A stretch of DNA of 64,000 bases from Raillietiella orientalis. Taxonomy: Eukaryota. The notes under the pieces were generated by a model that worked only from the letters and a program-made list of their open reading frames with translations, was not told the DNA's origin and ran no database searches. The stretch lies in the NCBI GenBank assembly GCA_036172245.1, contig JAYWIR010000032.1, forward strand, positions 2,232,001 to 2,296,000, given 5' to 3'. The first letter of the stretch is position 1, and every line of letters starts with the position of its first letter. Position numbers and translations under genes: made by a program. Below are positions 9,301-22,836 of this stretch, in pieces.

Positions 9301-11833
9301 ATGTATCCCAAAAACTCACTTGATTATTACTTAAGTGCAGAATCCGCAAGGCTGGAGCATCAGTACTTAAACTGCTAAATGGATACAACGATCGCAATCT
9401 GTTGTTGCTTAAATTTAAAGCCGTTAACTCGGGAATTTCTTTCTTAATAATTCTTAACAGCGCATTGGTTACTGCCTGCTGATTCAAAGTCACATACACT
9501 CCAGATTGTTGAAATTCTATCAAACAACAAGTACATTCAACACAATCTGCAGCAAATCCTCTCTTACCATAATTGGAAGGGAAGTCCCCCAGATGAAGAG
9601 ATTTGGTAGTGCTATCATAGCACTGACTCATTACTTTTAAAAGCAATTCTTCAATGGTCTGATTGACAGTTAGCACTGGAGGAGGTTGATGCATTATAAC
9701 ACGCAATGACAACTACAAACAGAAGACTCTCCATTCAACCAATGTACATGCAGAAACAGTCCCTAACCTTCCGTCCATCTGGAGTATGAATGCGATGATC
9801 CAATTTACGAATGGCATCACCTTGATGGCTGCCTTCTACAAAAAACACAGCCTGATTGCCTTCACAATGATACTAAAAACAACAATTAGAGCATGTTTGC
9901 AATAATGCATGCTCACATTATAAGGACTTAAAGTAACTTCTGCTTGTGAACAGAGACTTTGTAAAATGAAACTCTTATCATGCTTGCTGCCATGAAACAC
10001 CTGCAAGAAAAATGATCACTGATTGTTCATATTTCATATTTTACAAATGTTACTGCCAATTGCAAAAACAATTAGTAAGAGCACACACAAACAAGATGGA
10101 AACACTTCAGTCAACTTGTCAAAAATGTCCAAAAAATAAGCATAGCAAATGTCAAACATGACCAAAGAAAGATCAACTACACATTACCACAAACAAACTT
10201 GCTACATAATTTGAAGTCTACTAAGCAGTTCGATCACAACAGCTCAAACAGCAAGAAAAAGAGATGATGGCCGCATGAAAGAGATTTCTATGGCCTACTA
10301 AGTACATGAGAACAATCTGCTTGCTAATCTGCTCATAAACCACATGAAAGCATAAATTCTCAAGCTTGGGATTATAAATTAATATAGCCAGGTATCGCTA
10401 TGGAAAATAAACAAAATTACTTTAGCAATTACCACGGAATTCAGTAAGGTCTCAAACAATTATGTTTCAAAAACTTGAGGCTTCATGACAGTTTCAAGCA
10501 TCAGAAAATGCCGTTTTATTGAGGAAAAAAAAAACAAAAAACTAGTAGAATTATCCATTAGCTCAAATGGAAGCAAACTATATGAATAAAGGCTAATAAA
10601 TAGGAGTAGCAGATGGCTTAAGTAAACACACTTATTAAAATACAAACAAAAAAAATGAAAAAAAACGCCGACTTACCACAATTTTGCACCATTGATTATG
10701 TGAAGGTCTCAGATTTCGTATACTGTTTTCATATTTTCTGTTTCTTTTTGATGAGTATCTACAAATACTGGCATTAATTTTCTATACTTAGTAAAAGGTT
10801 CACAAGAAATATTCATTAGCATTACATTTCACAGCACCACATTCCAACTGGTGGAAGCAAAAACAAAATACTTACAAATGAGTATAACCACGCATTTTCT
10901 CATCATTTTCTGTCATTTCAAAATCACCTTGATCACGCAGCAACTGGAAACTTTTTCTTGCAAAGTTCTGACGTTGCGATCTGTTAAGAACACCTGTCAA
11001 ACTTGCTCTCCTGTGCTTTGGCCTTTCCATTCTGTTATCATGTCCTTGTAGAAAACAAATGCTAAATTCAGTACAGATTTTTCACAGCATCAGACACATC
11101 AGAAAATGCCATTGAAAATTTACATCAGCCATATCTACAAACGCTACAACGCAAATATTAGGTCGAATATCTATGACTTGACTGAATAAAAGAGTCTTCA
11201 CATAGTGTCAAAATTCAATCTTGCAATCATATGCAAGCAAAAAGTTGATACACCACTCATACTAAAAATCGTCTCTTACCTGCACACAGGCAGCTTAAAC
11301 AAATTAACAGACACTTTAAAACCAAAGCATGAAATTAAAATTGTGAACACTACCTGAGAGCACACTGAAACACCCACACACACATGCAAACAAAATGAGT
11401 ACAAATACATCTTGACCAGGGTCAAAAGCAATCAGAAAATACATTACTTTAAATAAATCATGACAGTACAGCTTTAAAGCGGAATTTTTTAAGTAGCTCA
11501 TTACAATAAGCTAGGAAAGAAAAAAACTACACGGTATATACTGGGGCACCTCACATACACTACACTTATACATGTCCACATACAAAGATGCATGCATAAG
11601 GGACATGAATAATCACATGAAATTTACTATTAAAAGATTAATTACACACGCATCCATGAAAGAAAACAGAATTTCTGTTTTTACCTTTCAAAACTACCAT
11701 TTTCATCGCAAGTATATGCACACCATATTCTATACATACCGTAAAAATCATTTCTATTGCCATCACCAAAAGTTTCAGCAATAAATCGATTAGTCCTGTT
11801 CAAGCCATATGCACCTTGCCTATGCCTTGGCAT
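6302..11833 (-). CDS. NXF1: Nuclear RNA export factor 1 (TAP/Sbr/Mex67 family), about 14 coding exons
   Basis: ATG at 11833 (MPRHRQG...FY|GHDNR). RRM exons (WCKIV|VFHGSKHDK), LRR (LTALNLSNNRL, LEELHLEGNPL), NTF2-like domain (FIHEYFHIYDSNDR, FSVRGVFKE, VTNEQL) and TAP-C/UBA (FVQRSGMNHQWSLK|CLQENDWNYEKAAQVF...IPMEAFAK*), with stop at 6302-6304. The GT-AG junctions I checked keep phase. Confidence 0.95.
7485..9145 (-). other. NXF1 cassette intron (1661 nt) between a 110-nt exon (9255-9146) and a 37-nt exon (7484-7448)
   Basis: Exon lengths were counted from the splice sites tgtag|TTAGAA...GTCAG|gtaac and tttag|TGCAATT...CGACTG|gtaag. It is by far the longest intron of the gene and has several long U tracts on the sense strand. 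Confidence 0.9.
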
Positions 11834-13714
11834 CCTTGAAACTAATATGTTACTTCTTTTCAAAACAGAAAAATTTAGGGCACGACACCAACATAAAATT
11901 TAACTGATGCTTCACAAAAATAAGTTCCCAATCACAGGATTAAAAGTCATTTTAGTGTATACCTGAGCTACGAATGGTTCCAAAACTTTACAACAGTGAT
12001 GGCTTCACAAATCTTCACCTAAGTTGGTTGGTTGACTCAAACAACTACGCGTACGCCATACTGAACAGGGAGTAGACAGGGTTGCTGATACCTTTCTTCG
12101 ATACGAAATGCATTAAAGCGTCGAATATAGCTTAGCGCGTAAATCGCTTAATAGCACGATATCTATGGGGAAAAAATTTTGTAAATGAAGAACACTACTT
12201 GTTGCATGCAATAGAAAATAAAGAGATTATTAAAAATGGTTCTTGATGCAGTTTTTTTGTACATATTTTTTACATATAATAACTTGAGCATGTTCTTGGA
12301 AAGAATGCTGAAAGCATTCTTCTTAAAACAGAAGTTATGCAGAATTAATGCATATAATTTTCATGGTCATTGTTAGAGAATTTATTTTTCTATACATCAA
12401 TAATATCGGAAATATTAATTATCTCTCAGTGTCTGTCAAGTTGTTGAAATTCCCCGCTGCAAGTAATCGCAGTATCTGTCTGAAAGTATTCCATATTTCA
12501 TATATATTATTTATTTGTATTTTCCGTGCTGACTTTTACATCATTTGGCTAACAACTGACTTTGATGGGATTGTGTGAATAACTGAAATTATGATTTGAA
12601 AAAAAATTACTCCATATGAGGGAAACATTTAATCATACCAACAAACTTAAAACTCCGACAAAATCAGGTGGTGTTTCCTGTATTCTCCTCATTCAAATTT
12701 TAAAATAAAGACAAATGATAGATTGTTTTTTTGGTCTTTTTTTTTCTGAGCTCTTATATACGATCCATTTCGGTTAACCGAATTAAATGACACTTTGTTA
12801 TTGCATCTGTGAGACTGTAACAACAGAAGACAGAACTTCGCGTGGAAATTGTATGTGATTTCCTATCGTTATTTAGGCATCTGTAAAATGACGACAGGAC
12901 TTCCAATTCCAGTGCACAGTACAGCTCCTTTGAAGTCTGCTAAGAATTCATCTCTACGAACATTAACACTAGGGAAGTTGGCAAGGGGTTTTTTATCCAG
13001 AGAGGTTCTCTAGCTGATCCCGCACTGGGCGAGTTTTTCCATAGAGGCGAGAAGACAAAGTGGGCACAGATGATGATGGTGAATGATCTGGACAAGGTGA
13101 AACAAATCTTCCTATTTACTTGCAGATGAAAAATCGTTTCCTAGTATCGCTGCAAACTGCGTCGGTAGTATCCAACCAGGTCTGAAGAATCTGATGAGAG
13201 GGGATTCCTGGAATGTGCGATGATTGCAGTTTGATGGAAGCATTCTGATGTGCGCCACCTCAGAAACGCACTTCTTCAATGAGCAAGATATCCAAGCATT
13301 TTCTAAGCGCAGTTCACTCTTTACCAGCAGTCTTCATGGGCTGTCTCTCATCCTTGCTAGCTTCTGGTATTTCCTCGCGCCGTCGCTGCAGGAAGGCGCC
13401 TCTTTGGATTTTTTCCAAAAGAGCGACACTAAGAGTTAGAACCGCCTGAGCTTAGTTCACATTTCCGTCGTCGTCCAAGGGAATGAAGTGCTAGCCGAAA
13501 ACAGTCCAAGGTGATGCGGGAGAGGGCGAAGAAAAGGGGAAAAAGGGTACTTATTATGGGAGTGCTTTCCTTACTCAAAGGAATGTCTCCATATTTAGCA
13601 TTTTAACCCATCGGGAATCAAAATTAGAGCCTCTTTCTGGCTTTACCCTGAGGTTCCAGCATCTAACAAGCCAGCCACCAACACCCTATTTTATTTTTTC
13701 AGGGGAGACATCGA

Positions 13715-16700
13715 TCACTCATCGACGAACAGCGGGAAGCTTATCACAGTATTTTCTCCTAGAGACTTATTCCCCAAGGTGATATTCTCCACAACATGCT
13801 GCTTGATCCAGGACGCGTACATGGCAATGTTCGTGTAGACTCCAGGAACTTCCTGGAGGGCGCATTCCGATGCTCCGAAACTCACGCAGCCAGAGAGAAC
13901 TAGTTGTCCCGAGGACGAGCGACACATCAGTGGACCTCCGGAGTCTCCCTAACACGATAGAGTGATCATCCGAAAGCAAAAGCGATGGAAGAGCAAAGGA
14001 AAGACCTGCTTTCTTGCATCTCGCTCCCTACCTGACACGAATCCTTGTCACCTCCCCCATAGCATAGCATTTTATCTGTGATGTTGACGGCCCTTCTGAA
14101 CAGTTCCTTGCATTTCCCCTTGTCGTACTCCGGAACGCTGGTGTACATCAGGTAGCGGCTGAGGTAGCCGTGTGTCGACAGCTTTCCGAAGCCACTCACC
14201 TGGCATTCCTCTGGAAAGGAAGATCTCTAGTCAGCGGCCATCGCTGTAGGAAACCGAGCGCGCTCTCCCTGCTCCCTATAAAAAGGGAAGAGCTCTGAAA
14301 TCCGGACGTTGGTCAGCAAGTTTTCGCCTCTTCGAGTCTGCAGCCGGACTGCAGAAGTGGTAGCCAAAATCACCCACCTATCGGACGAGCACTTAAATGG
14401 AGCTGCACGACTCTTGCATTCTCCACAAGAGAGAGAGGGAGGTTCACCAGCCGCCTTCAGTAGGGAAGCAGAACCCATGGGCTCGTCTCGGAACCGAGCA
14501 GAAGGGTGGTTCTTACGAGAGTAGGCAACAGACGATTTGTCTTCAGGCGGATGCCCAGCGACCCTTCCCTTATTACTGCTGAGATGGATTTCTTTTTTCT
14601 GGAGGCTGTCGTTCTCGAAGCAAAGGGATCCTTTCTTTTCTGCTGAGTATTCCCCAACGAGGGTCGTGTGTGATCACCCCAGAAGGAATGGTTTTCCAGT
14701 GAGGGATGCCGCGGGAACTGCAGTCGATGGGACGAAGGCCAAATGCGAAGTGGAAAGACTCCGCAGCTTTCTACTCTCGTCACTTGGGAGCACAGCCAAT
14801 CGGCGTCCCCCGCAGAACAAGGGGACAAGCTCCTCCGTTGGAAAATCCTCATCCGAAGAGGCACTGGCCGTTACTAGTCCGGGAGGCAGGTGGATTCGTA
14901 GGCTGGGGAGCTGGAGGGGGCAGGATCTCGGGAGTAGTGGCAAAAGCTGCGTGGATTCCCGAGAGGGCTTTTTTTGACTGTTTGCCTTGAGGAGACTCCC
15001 AGCATATCGACGAGGGCGCTGACGGACAAGAGGCACGCTGCACGCGAAGAACCAACGCAGCCAGCAGCGTGACCGCCTCAGCGGTGGCCATAAGGCCTGA
15101 TTCCTCCTCTGCTGGGGTAGCGCGGCCACGCTCGTTTTCACCGTATCCCACAGATGGCACTATCGTTCCCCACAGGCAGGCGAGTCAGGATACGAGTGCC
15201 ACCTATCGATCGTACATGGAGCACGCGTGACTGGAGATGCGGCGGCAGGTCACTCTTAGGTGGGAAAGAGTGGTGAATCAAGGGAAGCGAAAAGGGAGAA
15301 AAGCAGTGGGCATTGGTACGCGTGACCCAGGAAATCTGCTGCGTCTTGAGTCACCTGGAGGATCATCAGCTCGCGGAAAGGATCTTCCACCCTCCCGCGC
15401 TCCTCAGCATGTCCTCTCTCTGTGGAGTGAAATGCCGGGGAGGTGAGTCCGATTCTCGGGAAGGGTGGAACGCTGGGTGAAGTTCCGCGAGCGATGAGAG
15501 ATTCCCTCGGGTAAGGCTGGGGGGAGGAAACCGCTTGAAAGGCGCGGGAGACGGTTGCTGGCGTTTACCCAGCAATGGCTGAGTTTCGGTTCAGATGGGG
15601 AAGGGCCGTAGGGAGGGTAGAAGGGGGAAGTGCATTTCTGGGTCTTCCGCTTGGTTCGCAGCAAAGTCAGCCAACCGGTCTTGTGAGGAAGAGCGGAGCG
15701 CGCATGCGCAGCACGCTCGTGACCCAATGTCTCCTGCTCATCCAGTCCACGCTCTGCACACGTGTCGGTTTATTGCGGAAGTTTCAGTCCAGATGCAGCA
15801 GCGGGCTCTGAGTAGGCCCAGTTTTCCCGATTCCAATGGGAAACCGCCTCCATCCTATTTCCTGTTTCTGTTTTGTCTTCGAGAGAAAAAGAAAGCAAGG
15901 AAACGGGCTGCGTGTAGTCAACTGCGTCACTCGCTTTTGCCTCTGCGGCGACAAAGCTCCATCCTTCCTCCGCCCTGGCATCGCAGCAGCGACGGTTCTG
16001 CGAGTTCCCTGCCCTACGCATTCGCGCAAGTGCGCACCAGGGCTCTGTACGAACGCTTCCCCACGTGCTGTGCCCCGAGGAGGCCATCGCGGCACGGATC
16101 GCTCGTTGCCGTCTGGCTCCTAGCCACCTTCCAGTTCACGCGAAAGGGATTGTGGTCAAACGGAAACGAAGTGGTCGTGGCGAAGATACGATTTGTTTGT
16201 TCCGAGACGACTGCCGACCTTTGCAATTTGAGCTCAGAGGGAAAGGTTGTGCAGGCAGGACCAGAATGGCTTGGAAACGAGGGGAGATCGTTTCTTGCTT
16301 CCGCAGGGTGTGGCTCTCATGGGACCGACCGTCCGTCCGGGATCGGGATCCAGCTGAACACGTCTAGCGCGCACGCCTACGAGAGCTCGCGAGACGCCGG
16401 CTGCCCCTCTTGCTCATGACCGGAATCGAAGGATTGTTCCTTTGAGCCCAGAAGCCTCCGTAACAATCCCTCTTTTCCCACAGGGCATGAAAGCTGGAAC
16501 GGGGAGCCCTTCTTGATGCCCCGCACCGTCACGTTTGGTTGGTTTCGCTGACGGAAGACTCCGAAAAATTTATGGGTCAGAGACCAGGTCCCTTCCCCCC
16601 AGAAAAATGGAAATCGTCACTGAGCGGGGACGACCCATTGCCGTTTCGACATAAGCAATGCAGACCTTTCCTTCTATACTACACCTTGTGAGCGCAGCTG

Positions 16701-18766
16701 CACTGTAGGCAAAGCAATCACTTGGAGTTGGTTATCAAGGGCGAAGAAGTCATGAAATGCATAACGCTTCAACTTCATCAATCCGATATCGTTATGAGGT
16801 CTGGAAAAAGATACAGAATTAACAGGTGCGGAAATCCTTCCTTGTATGTGACGAAGCAGGCCGTATCCGCCTGAGCGCAGCATCCCCTGCCACCCAGACA
16901 ACGAACGCGCGCTGAACGACGAATCAGATTAAGCGCCGATATGAGGGCCTCCAAGGCTTGCCAACTCTTTTTTGTTTAAAAAGTGAAACACGAAAAAAGC
17001 CACAAATAAGGAAATTTGCAGTGGAAAGATGAACCCTTTCGTCGGTATTATATATATATATATAATAACATATATAATTGTGTATAAATTTATACTTGCC
17101 AACATATAAATACATATATCGACAAGTGATCAAAAGCGGCAAGAACACGAGCAAAGATCACATTTTCTCCTTTCAGCACCACGCGACATTATGTGAAAAG
17201 CCGAGCGCACGAGCCGCATGAGGTCGAGGCATGCAAACTTTGCTGACCTATTGTATTCGGGATGTAAAATCAATTCTTCCACTGGTATTGGGACTGCATT
17301 CTGATCGTACAAGTCGATCAGATTGACTTTCACCGACAAATAAGAGGCGTCGACGCCTTTGATGCAGTGGGCTGCTGTCAGAACGAAAAACGGGCTGATG
17401 ACCGACCCTCCGCAGAAAGGCGAGTTGGAGAAACTCATGAAGATTGCCGCTTGCCAAGGGAACTGACCTGGCAAGCAAAAAAGGAAAGTAAAAAGTTTTC
17501 TTTTTTTTTTTTTGTCTTTGTTTCTTTTCCTTTCAGCTTCAGGAAGCGCGTGCCGCGTGCGGCACATCGGTTCCCAGAGAGGCTCAGGAAACGCTCGCTT
17601 CAGACCCTGTCTTAAACTCCTTCTCTCCTCCGATCCCTTGGAGACCGTGGTAGGTCCTGCGCAGGAGCTGTCGATCCAGGGGGCCGTGGTCTGCTGCTGC
17701 TGCTGCTGCCTCTCCGAGTCCGGGAGAGGCGGGAGAAGGGCTGGGAATGTGCCTTGAACTCACATCGTCAAGGGGCTTGTCGCGCGAGTTCCTCACAGGG
17801 CGGACTGTCGCCCACGGATGCACCTATTCCTCCGTCATCCACTCCACCCTCTGCAGGCCGAGAGTGAGCTTGCGCTTTCCGAGTGAGCGCTCTGCGAATA
17901 CATGACTTGCTGATGCGACTGCTGCCGCCCCAGTGGTCCCGCAGCCGCACCCGAGGAGCACCTGTGTCCCACGCTCCTCCTCCTCTCCCAAGACTGACAT
18001 CTGTGTTTCGCCATTGCCGTGGCTGCGGGAAAGGAAAAAAAAAAAAAAGACCGGAAGGCGAAGATGTTCTTGTCTCTTGAGTGGATGAACCATGTCGGAG
18101 GAGGCTAACGTGGAGACCTACCACCCCTTGGGTGAAAGCCGTCTTCTGGGACGCTCCGGAGGCGCGCACCTGGGTTCGTTCCTGCCCCTCCGTCGGGAAG
18201 AGGATGGTCTCCTCCGCTCCCGCTAGCCTGTCGCGCGGGTGGGTTGCGTCTGTGTTACCCTGCCGCCCACCCGCCGACACGTGAGAGTCTCCTGTTTCAC
18301 AATGCGGGAAGGGCCCGGGGGGGGGGGGGAGAAGACGTCTGCGAAAGGTCGCAACCCGACGCATTCTCCTTCCCCCCCGACGTCGGCCCTGGGAAGCGGG
18401 AAGCAGCCAGCGCCAAAGACGTGGCGCGCTCCCATGAGGAACCCTTTGGACCCTCTCAAAGGAGCGAGCGTATTCCTGCGTCCACCTCCTCCCCCGGATG
18501 TCAGCAGAGTTCCTGCATCACTCCTTCCATGAGTGCTTGTCTTCTGCGCGAGACCTCGTCCCAGTGAAAGGAGGGTGCGACAAAGGGGGGCAGTTCGCCC
18601 ATCCGCCATTCCCCCTCCCCCCGCGCAGCCTCTCACCGGATCTAGCGCGTATCCCGTTGACGATCCTGGTCTGCCTGGCCAAGCTTGGCTTTTCGCCGGC
18701 GCCGGCTGAGAGGGCACAGACGGTAGCGCAGAGGAGTGGCAGGCACAAGAGGGCGCGCGTCTCCAT
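13715..18766 (-). CDS. Secreted trypsin-like S1A serine protease (paralog 1), 5 exons
   Basis: Signal peptide METRALLCLPLLCATVCALS and activation site R-IVNG (exon 18766-18637). GQFPWQ...CGGS...TAAHC (about 17467-17248), HNDIGLMKL (about 16801-16685), VSGFG...DKDSCQ (about 14211-14031), GDSGGP...PGVYT (13948-13715). H/D/S triad intact, Asp at S1. Confidence 0.92.
17691..17709. repeat. (CTG)6 microsatellite in a protease intron
   Basis: ctgctgctgctgctgctgc read directly. Confidence 0.9.
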
Positions 18767-19212
18767 CTCCGTGGGGACGCTCGTCGTGGGCAGGAGTAAC
18801 AAGACACGGGGAAAGCTGCCGCGGTCGGGAGCACCACTACGGCCGCCCTCAGGAGGCAGCGGGGGGGAGGCGGAGGGGCCTCCCCTGCCTGCCGCGCACG
18901 CGCGGGCGGGTGTAGCTCCATCCATCACCTTGGCAGCCACCTGCGGAGCGCCGTGGCTGCTCCCTCGTGGCACGCGCAATCCTGCGTCACGCGAGGGGCC
19001 GCTGCATGCGCCGGCGACGAGGAGCCATGCTCCGAGGACTTCCCCCCCAGAGGGGCAGGCAGAAGGCAGGAGGCGACGCTCCTCGCTCGACCCGGAATTC
19101 CCCTCTGTGGGCTTCCCCTCAGCTCTTTCGGCACGAATCCTCCGCCCCTTCCACGCCCTTCCTCCCCAGAGGCAGCTCAAGAGGAAGCGGTGCGTCTTTC
19201 TTATCCCTACCC

Positions 19213-22200
19213 TCAGCCCCTCCAGACAGCGTCCTCCTCCTTCAACGCCTCCTCCTCCGTTTCCAGGACGACGGGGAAGTTCCCGTCCCGCTTTCCGTCC
19301 CGGAGAAGCGTGCGGGAGGCGGTGACCTCCTCGATCCACTGTGTGAAGAGCGGCGCGTGGGTGTACACGCCGGGGATACTCTGCATAGCGCAGCCGATCC
19401 CGAAACTGGTGATCCCGGCCAGGTAGGGCTCTCCCCGGGGAGTCCTGCAGACGAGCGGGCCACCAGAGTCGCCCTGTGTCAGTCGAGGTCAGCGAGGCGC
19501 CTCTGGCGGACGGACGAGCGCACACACCTGGCACGTGTCCGTGTCGCCTCCCCCGCAGCACACCATGCTCTCCGTAATATTGTTGTACGGTTTGTACACC
19601 TCCCGGCACATGTCTCTCCCGACGGGACTGACGGCGGCGTGCATCAGTGCCTCCGACATGGACGACCCCGTCATCCCCCATCCACAGATGACGCACTCTC
19701 CTTCGAAGACGGGCGGAGTCGTCACTCCCCCCGCGAGGCAGCCGCCGGGCTTACCTTCCGGGAACGCCGTGCTCCTCCACAGGCTGATGACATCGCACGG
19801 AGGAGAGATTCCCGGCACTCGGACGGGGAGCGCCGCGTCCAGCTCCAGGAGGGCGATGTCGTTGTTGGGCCTGGAACGGGTCAGTGCCATATACTCTCGG
19901 GAGCACCCGTGCTCCGCCCCCGGAGGTGCGCGAGTCGCCCCGGTGGGTTTCGGTTCTCGTCTACCTGCGTCCTTTTCCCCTGCCCCTGAAAAGCTCCGGG
20001 AACCGGACCCTCGCGAGAAGACGCGCATACTGTGGACCTCCTGGAAACTCGCAAGGGAGGAGGAAACGGGACGGGACGAAGAAACCGCAAGAGGGCGCGG
20101 CTCTCCCTGAGGCAGGGACATTTTCTCCGGGCCGCAGGATTCCGTAGGAGGAAGGAGGGAGGGCCCGCCCGCGCGATCGCCAGCAGAAGACCAGGGTAGA
20201 CTGACTGCGTTCGCCCCTGCCCTGGGGCAAATGGACGTGACCCACGAGAAGAGGAATGAGGAGGGATTGGGAGCGCGCCCTCCATCCCAAGCAGTTTGCC
20301 CAGGCAACAGGAATGGTGCCTCGCTTCTCGGCCTTTTGGCTAAGATCAAAGTGGAATGGGGCCTTCGGCGGTGTTTCCGCTCCCGCCAGGGTTTTCCTAA
20401 GGCGGAAACGTCCCAGGAGAAGGGGGAGGTGACCTCGTAGGAACTCGCCTCCGGCAGCGGCAGGAAGGACACGCTTGCTCCTCCACCCGGGAGATCGTCC
20501 ACTCTCCGAAAAGCGCGCCGAGGACCATGGGCAGCGCGCACCTTGGTGCTGCGCGGAGAAGGGCTGGACGAGACGAAAGCCAGAGGTCGTCGTGGATATC
20601 CCTGCCTCCCTGGTCCCGGAAGATGCCTCCTGGTCTCGCGCAGAGTGACCACGGTGTCTTGGGCGCCCGAGGCGCGTACTTCCGATTTGCCCTACACTGT
20701 CGACGGATTGGCGCCTTTGGAGGCGGTCAGAGCCTGGTGGGCGCTGCGTGTTGAGGGAGCACCGTCTGGCAGGTCCGCCGAAGAGGTTGAGAGAGACCGT
20801 CGCGTCTCGCTCGCCCTCCTTCCGGGGTGGCAGGGTCATCCGAGTGACACAAAGTGGGGGGGAGATCGCTGCTCGCGCCCTCTCGCTCACCCGGTAGCAG
20901 GGATTTGAATCGCCCTCCTGGCACGCGCTGGTCCGACTGCTAGACCGCTGTCCTCCGCGGAAATCTCGCCGCAGGCAGTTCGCACGGGTCGAGAGGCGGC
21001 ACCCGGCCACCCGGTTTCCCGCGAACTCCTCCGGGAACAGATGGTGAGAATTTCGCTCCCGATTTCAAGGATAGCGGTGGAACGGGCGCCACGATCTCCC
21101 TCAACCTACCGCCCCCACGCGTGCCGGACAGATCCGCGCGAGCTCCGGCCGGCGGAGCGCTCTCGCCAGATGGGCGGGCGCCTCGCCGGACGCACGTGGA
21201 GTCGCCGCGGTCCGTACGTCCCCGTTGCGTGCGAGTTTGCATGCGTCGTAGGGACCGGAGCTTTGCAGACGAGGGTCGGCAGGATCCCCTCGTGGGGCGA
21301 GGCACGTCTCGGTCGCGTCCTTCTGGAGGCGATGGGTGGGTCCCGGCCGACCCACTCCGCCGTTCTCGCCTCCACGGACCGGAGGCGTTCCCTGAGGACT
21401 TCTGATGGCGAAGACTTTTTTTCCTGGCGAAGGAGAGCCCCTGGATGCGCACGTGCAGCAGGTGCGCGAGAAACCCGCCAGTCACCACAGTTGGGAGATA
21501 GCCGGAGCTCCTGCACGCGGTCCGACTCAGGGAGCACCGCGGGCGTTCCCGCACATCGCAGTGGGTCGCTTCCGACGCAGCGGCAGCAAAACACATCGTA
21601 GGGGACACCCTGAGGCGTGCAGACGAGGGGACAGATTCGGTCGCTGGGTGTCCGTGAGCAGGGAGATGGCGGGGCGGTTGCCCCCGCCGTGGCTGAGGAA
21701 GGCTGGCTTTGCAAGGGGCGCCTTCCGCACCATCCTCGCCGTTCTTTTTTCTCCGGCATCCCGGGGAGCCAAGGAAAACGCAGGAACTCCGCGAGCTGAC
21801 TCGCAGCAAGTCAACCCTTCCGGGCGTGGCAGTGCACCGGATCTGCCTTGCCTACCGCCCACACGTCGATGCTGCCGCTGTACGGACTACCCTCGGCGTA
21901 TTCGGGGCGGAAGGGAGGTGGGAGAAGAGGAGGAGGGGACAGCGGGTAGGGAGGGCAGCGCTCCTGACGCTTCCTGGATGAGGCTGTTGGTCGGGGGTCG
22001 AGCACGGGTCTGGAGCATGATCTCACCTCGGGAGCAGCCGGACATGACCTCGCCCTGTAGGGTCGCGGGCCGCAGCTTCCTCACGAGGGATGGGTGAAGC
22101 CGGAAAGAGCGCGCCGGTCCGCCCATCCGCTGGTCATGTCGCCCCGAAGCGCCCTCGAGGAAGAGACCGCACCTGTCGTATCCAGGGAACCGATGGATCA

Positions 22201-22836
22201 TCTTGACCTGACGGAGGAACGCCCGAGGATCGTGGAGGTTGGTGGCTCCGGCCATCACCTGGATGTCGCCTTCGGTCACGTGGAGGGTGCAGTGGGCAGC
22301 GGTTGCCACGAACAACGGGGCCACGATGCTGCCCCCACAGTAGTGCCGCCCCTCCGCCCTGAGCTGCAGAGACGCCAGGAACGGGAACTGCCCTGCAAGA
22401 AGAGTCGGTAGGCAGGTGTACGGGCCCGCTCGCGCGTCTTTTCCATCCCCGGGAGCAAGAAGACGGGGCCTCCCGCCGTCGGCAGGAAGGATGGGCAGGT
22501 GGGAGAGGAACACCCCACTCCCCTCTCCTTATCTCCTCTCCTCTCCGCGTTTGAGGACGCCCCCCCCCCCCTCAAGTAGGCGCTGCTGCCGCCGGTAGGG
22601 AGGTCCCTGCCTGCGAGGGAAGTGCCGGAGGGGGGAGGGGGAGAGAAGGAACGACGGGGCTCGCCACCGGGACGGGAGCGTGTCCTCCCCCAAGGAAAGC
22701 GCCGTACCTCCTTACCTTCGGCAGCGGGCTTGCCGTTGATGATCCTCTCTCGGTGGAGCTGCGGCGAGGCGCCGCTGAAGAGATCCAGTAGGAGCAGCAG
22801 CTGCGGGAGTGCAAGCAGGTGAGAAAGGTTGCCCAT
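19213..22836 (-). CDS. Secreted trypsin-like S1A serine protease (paralog 2), 5 exons, very GC-rich
   Basis: [17 protein letters not shown] signal and R-IING (22836-22716). GQFPFL...YCGGS...TAAHC (about 22392-22173), NNDIALLEL (about 19871-19754), CGWG...TDTCQ (about 19699-19528), GDSGGP...PGVYT...WRG* (19473-19213). Intron positions match paralog 1. Confidence 0.92.

Noticed and set aside
17584..17823. Alternative first exon for protease 1 (QGIGGEK)
   Set aside because: No signal peptide and the wrong splice phase; the exon at 18766-18637 gives a proper signal peptide, R-IVNG and a phase-1 junction.
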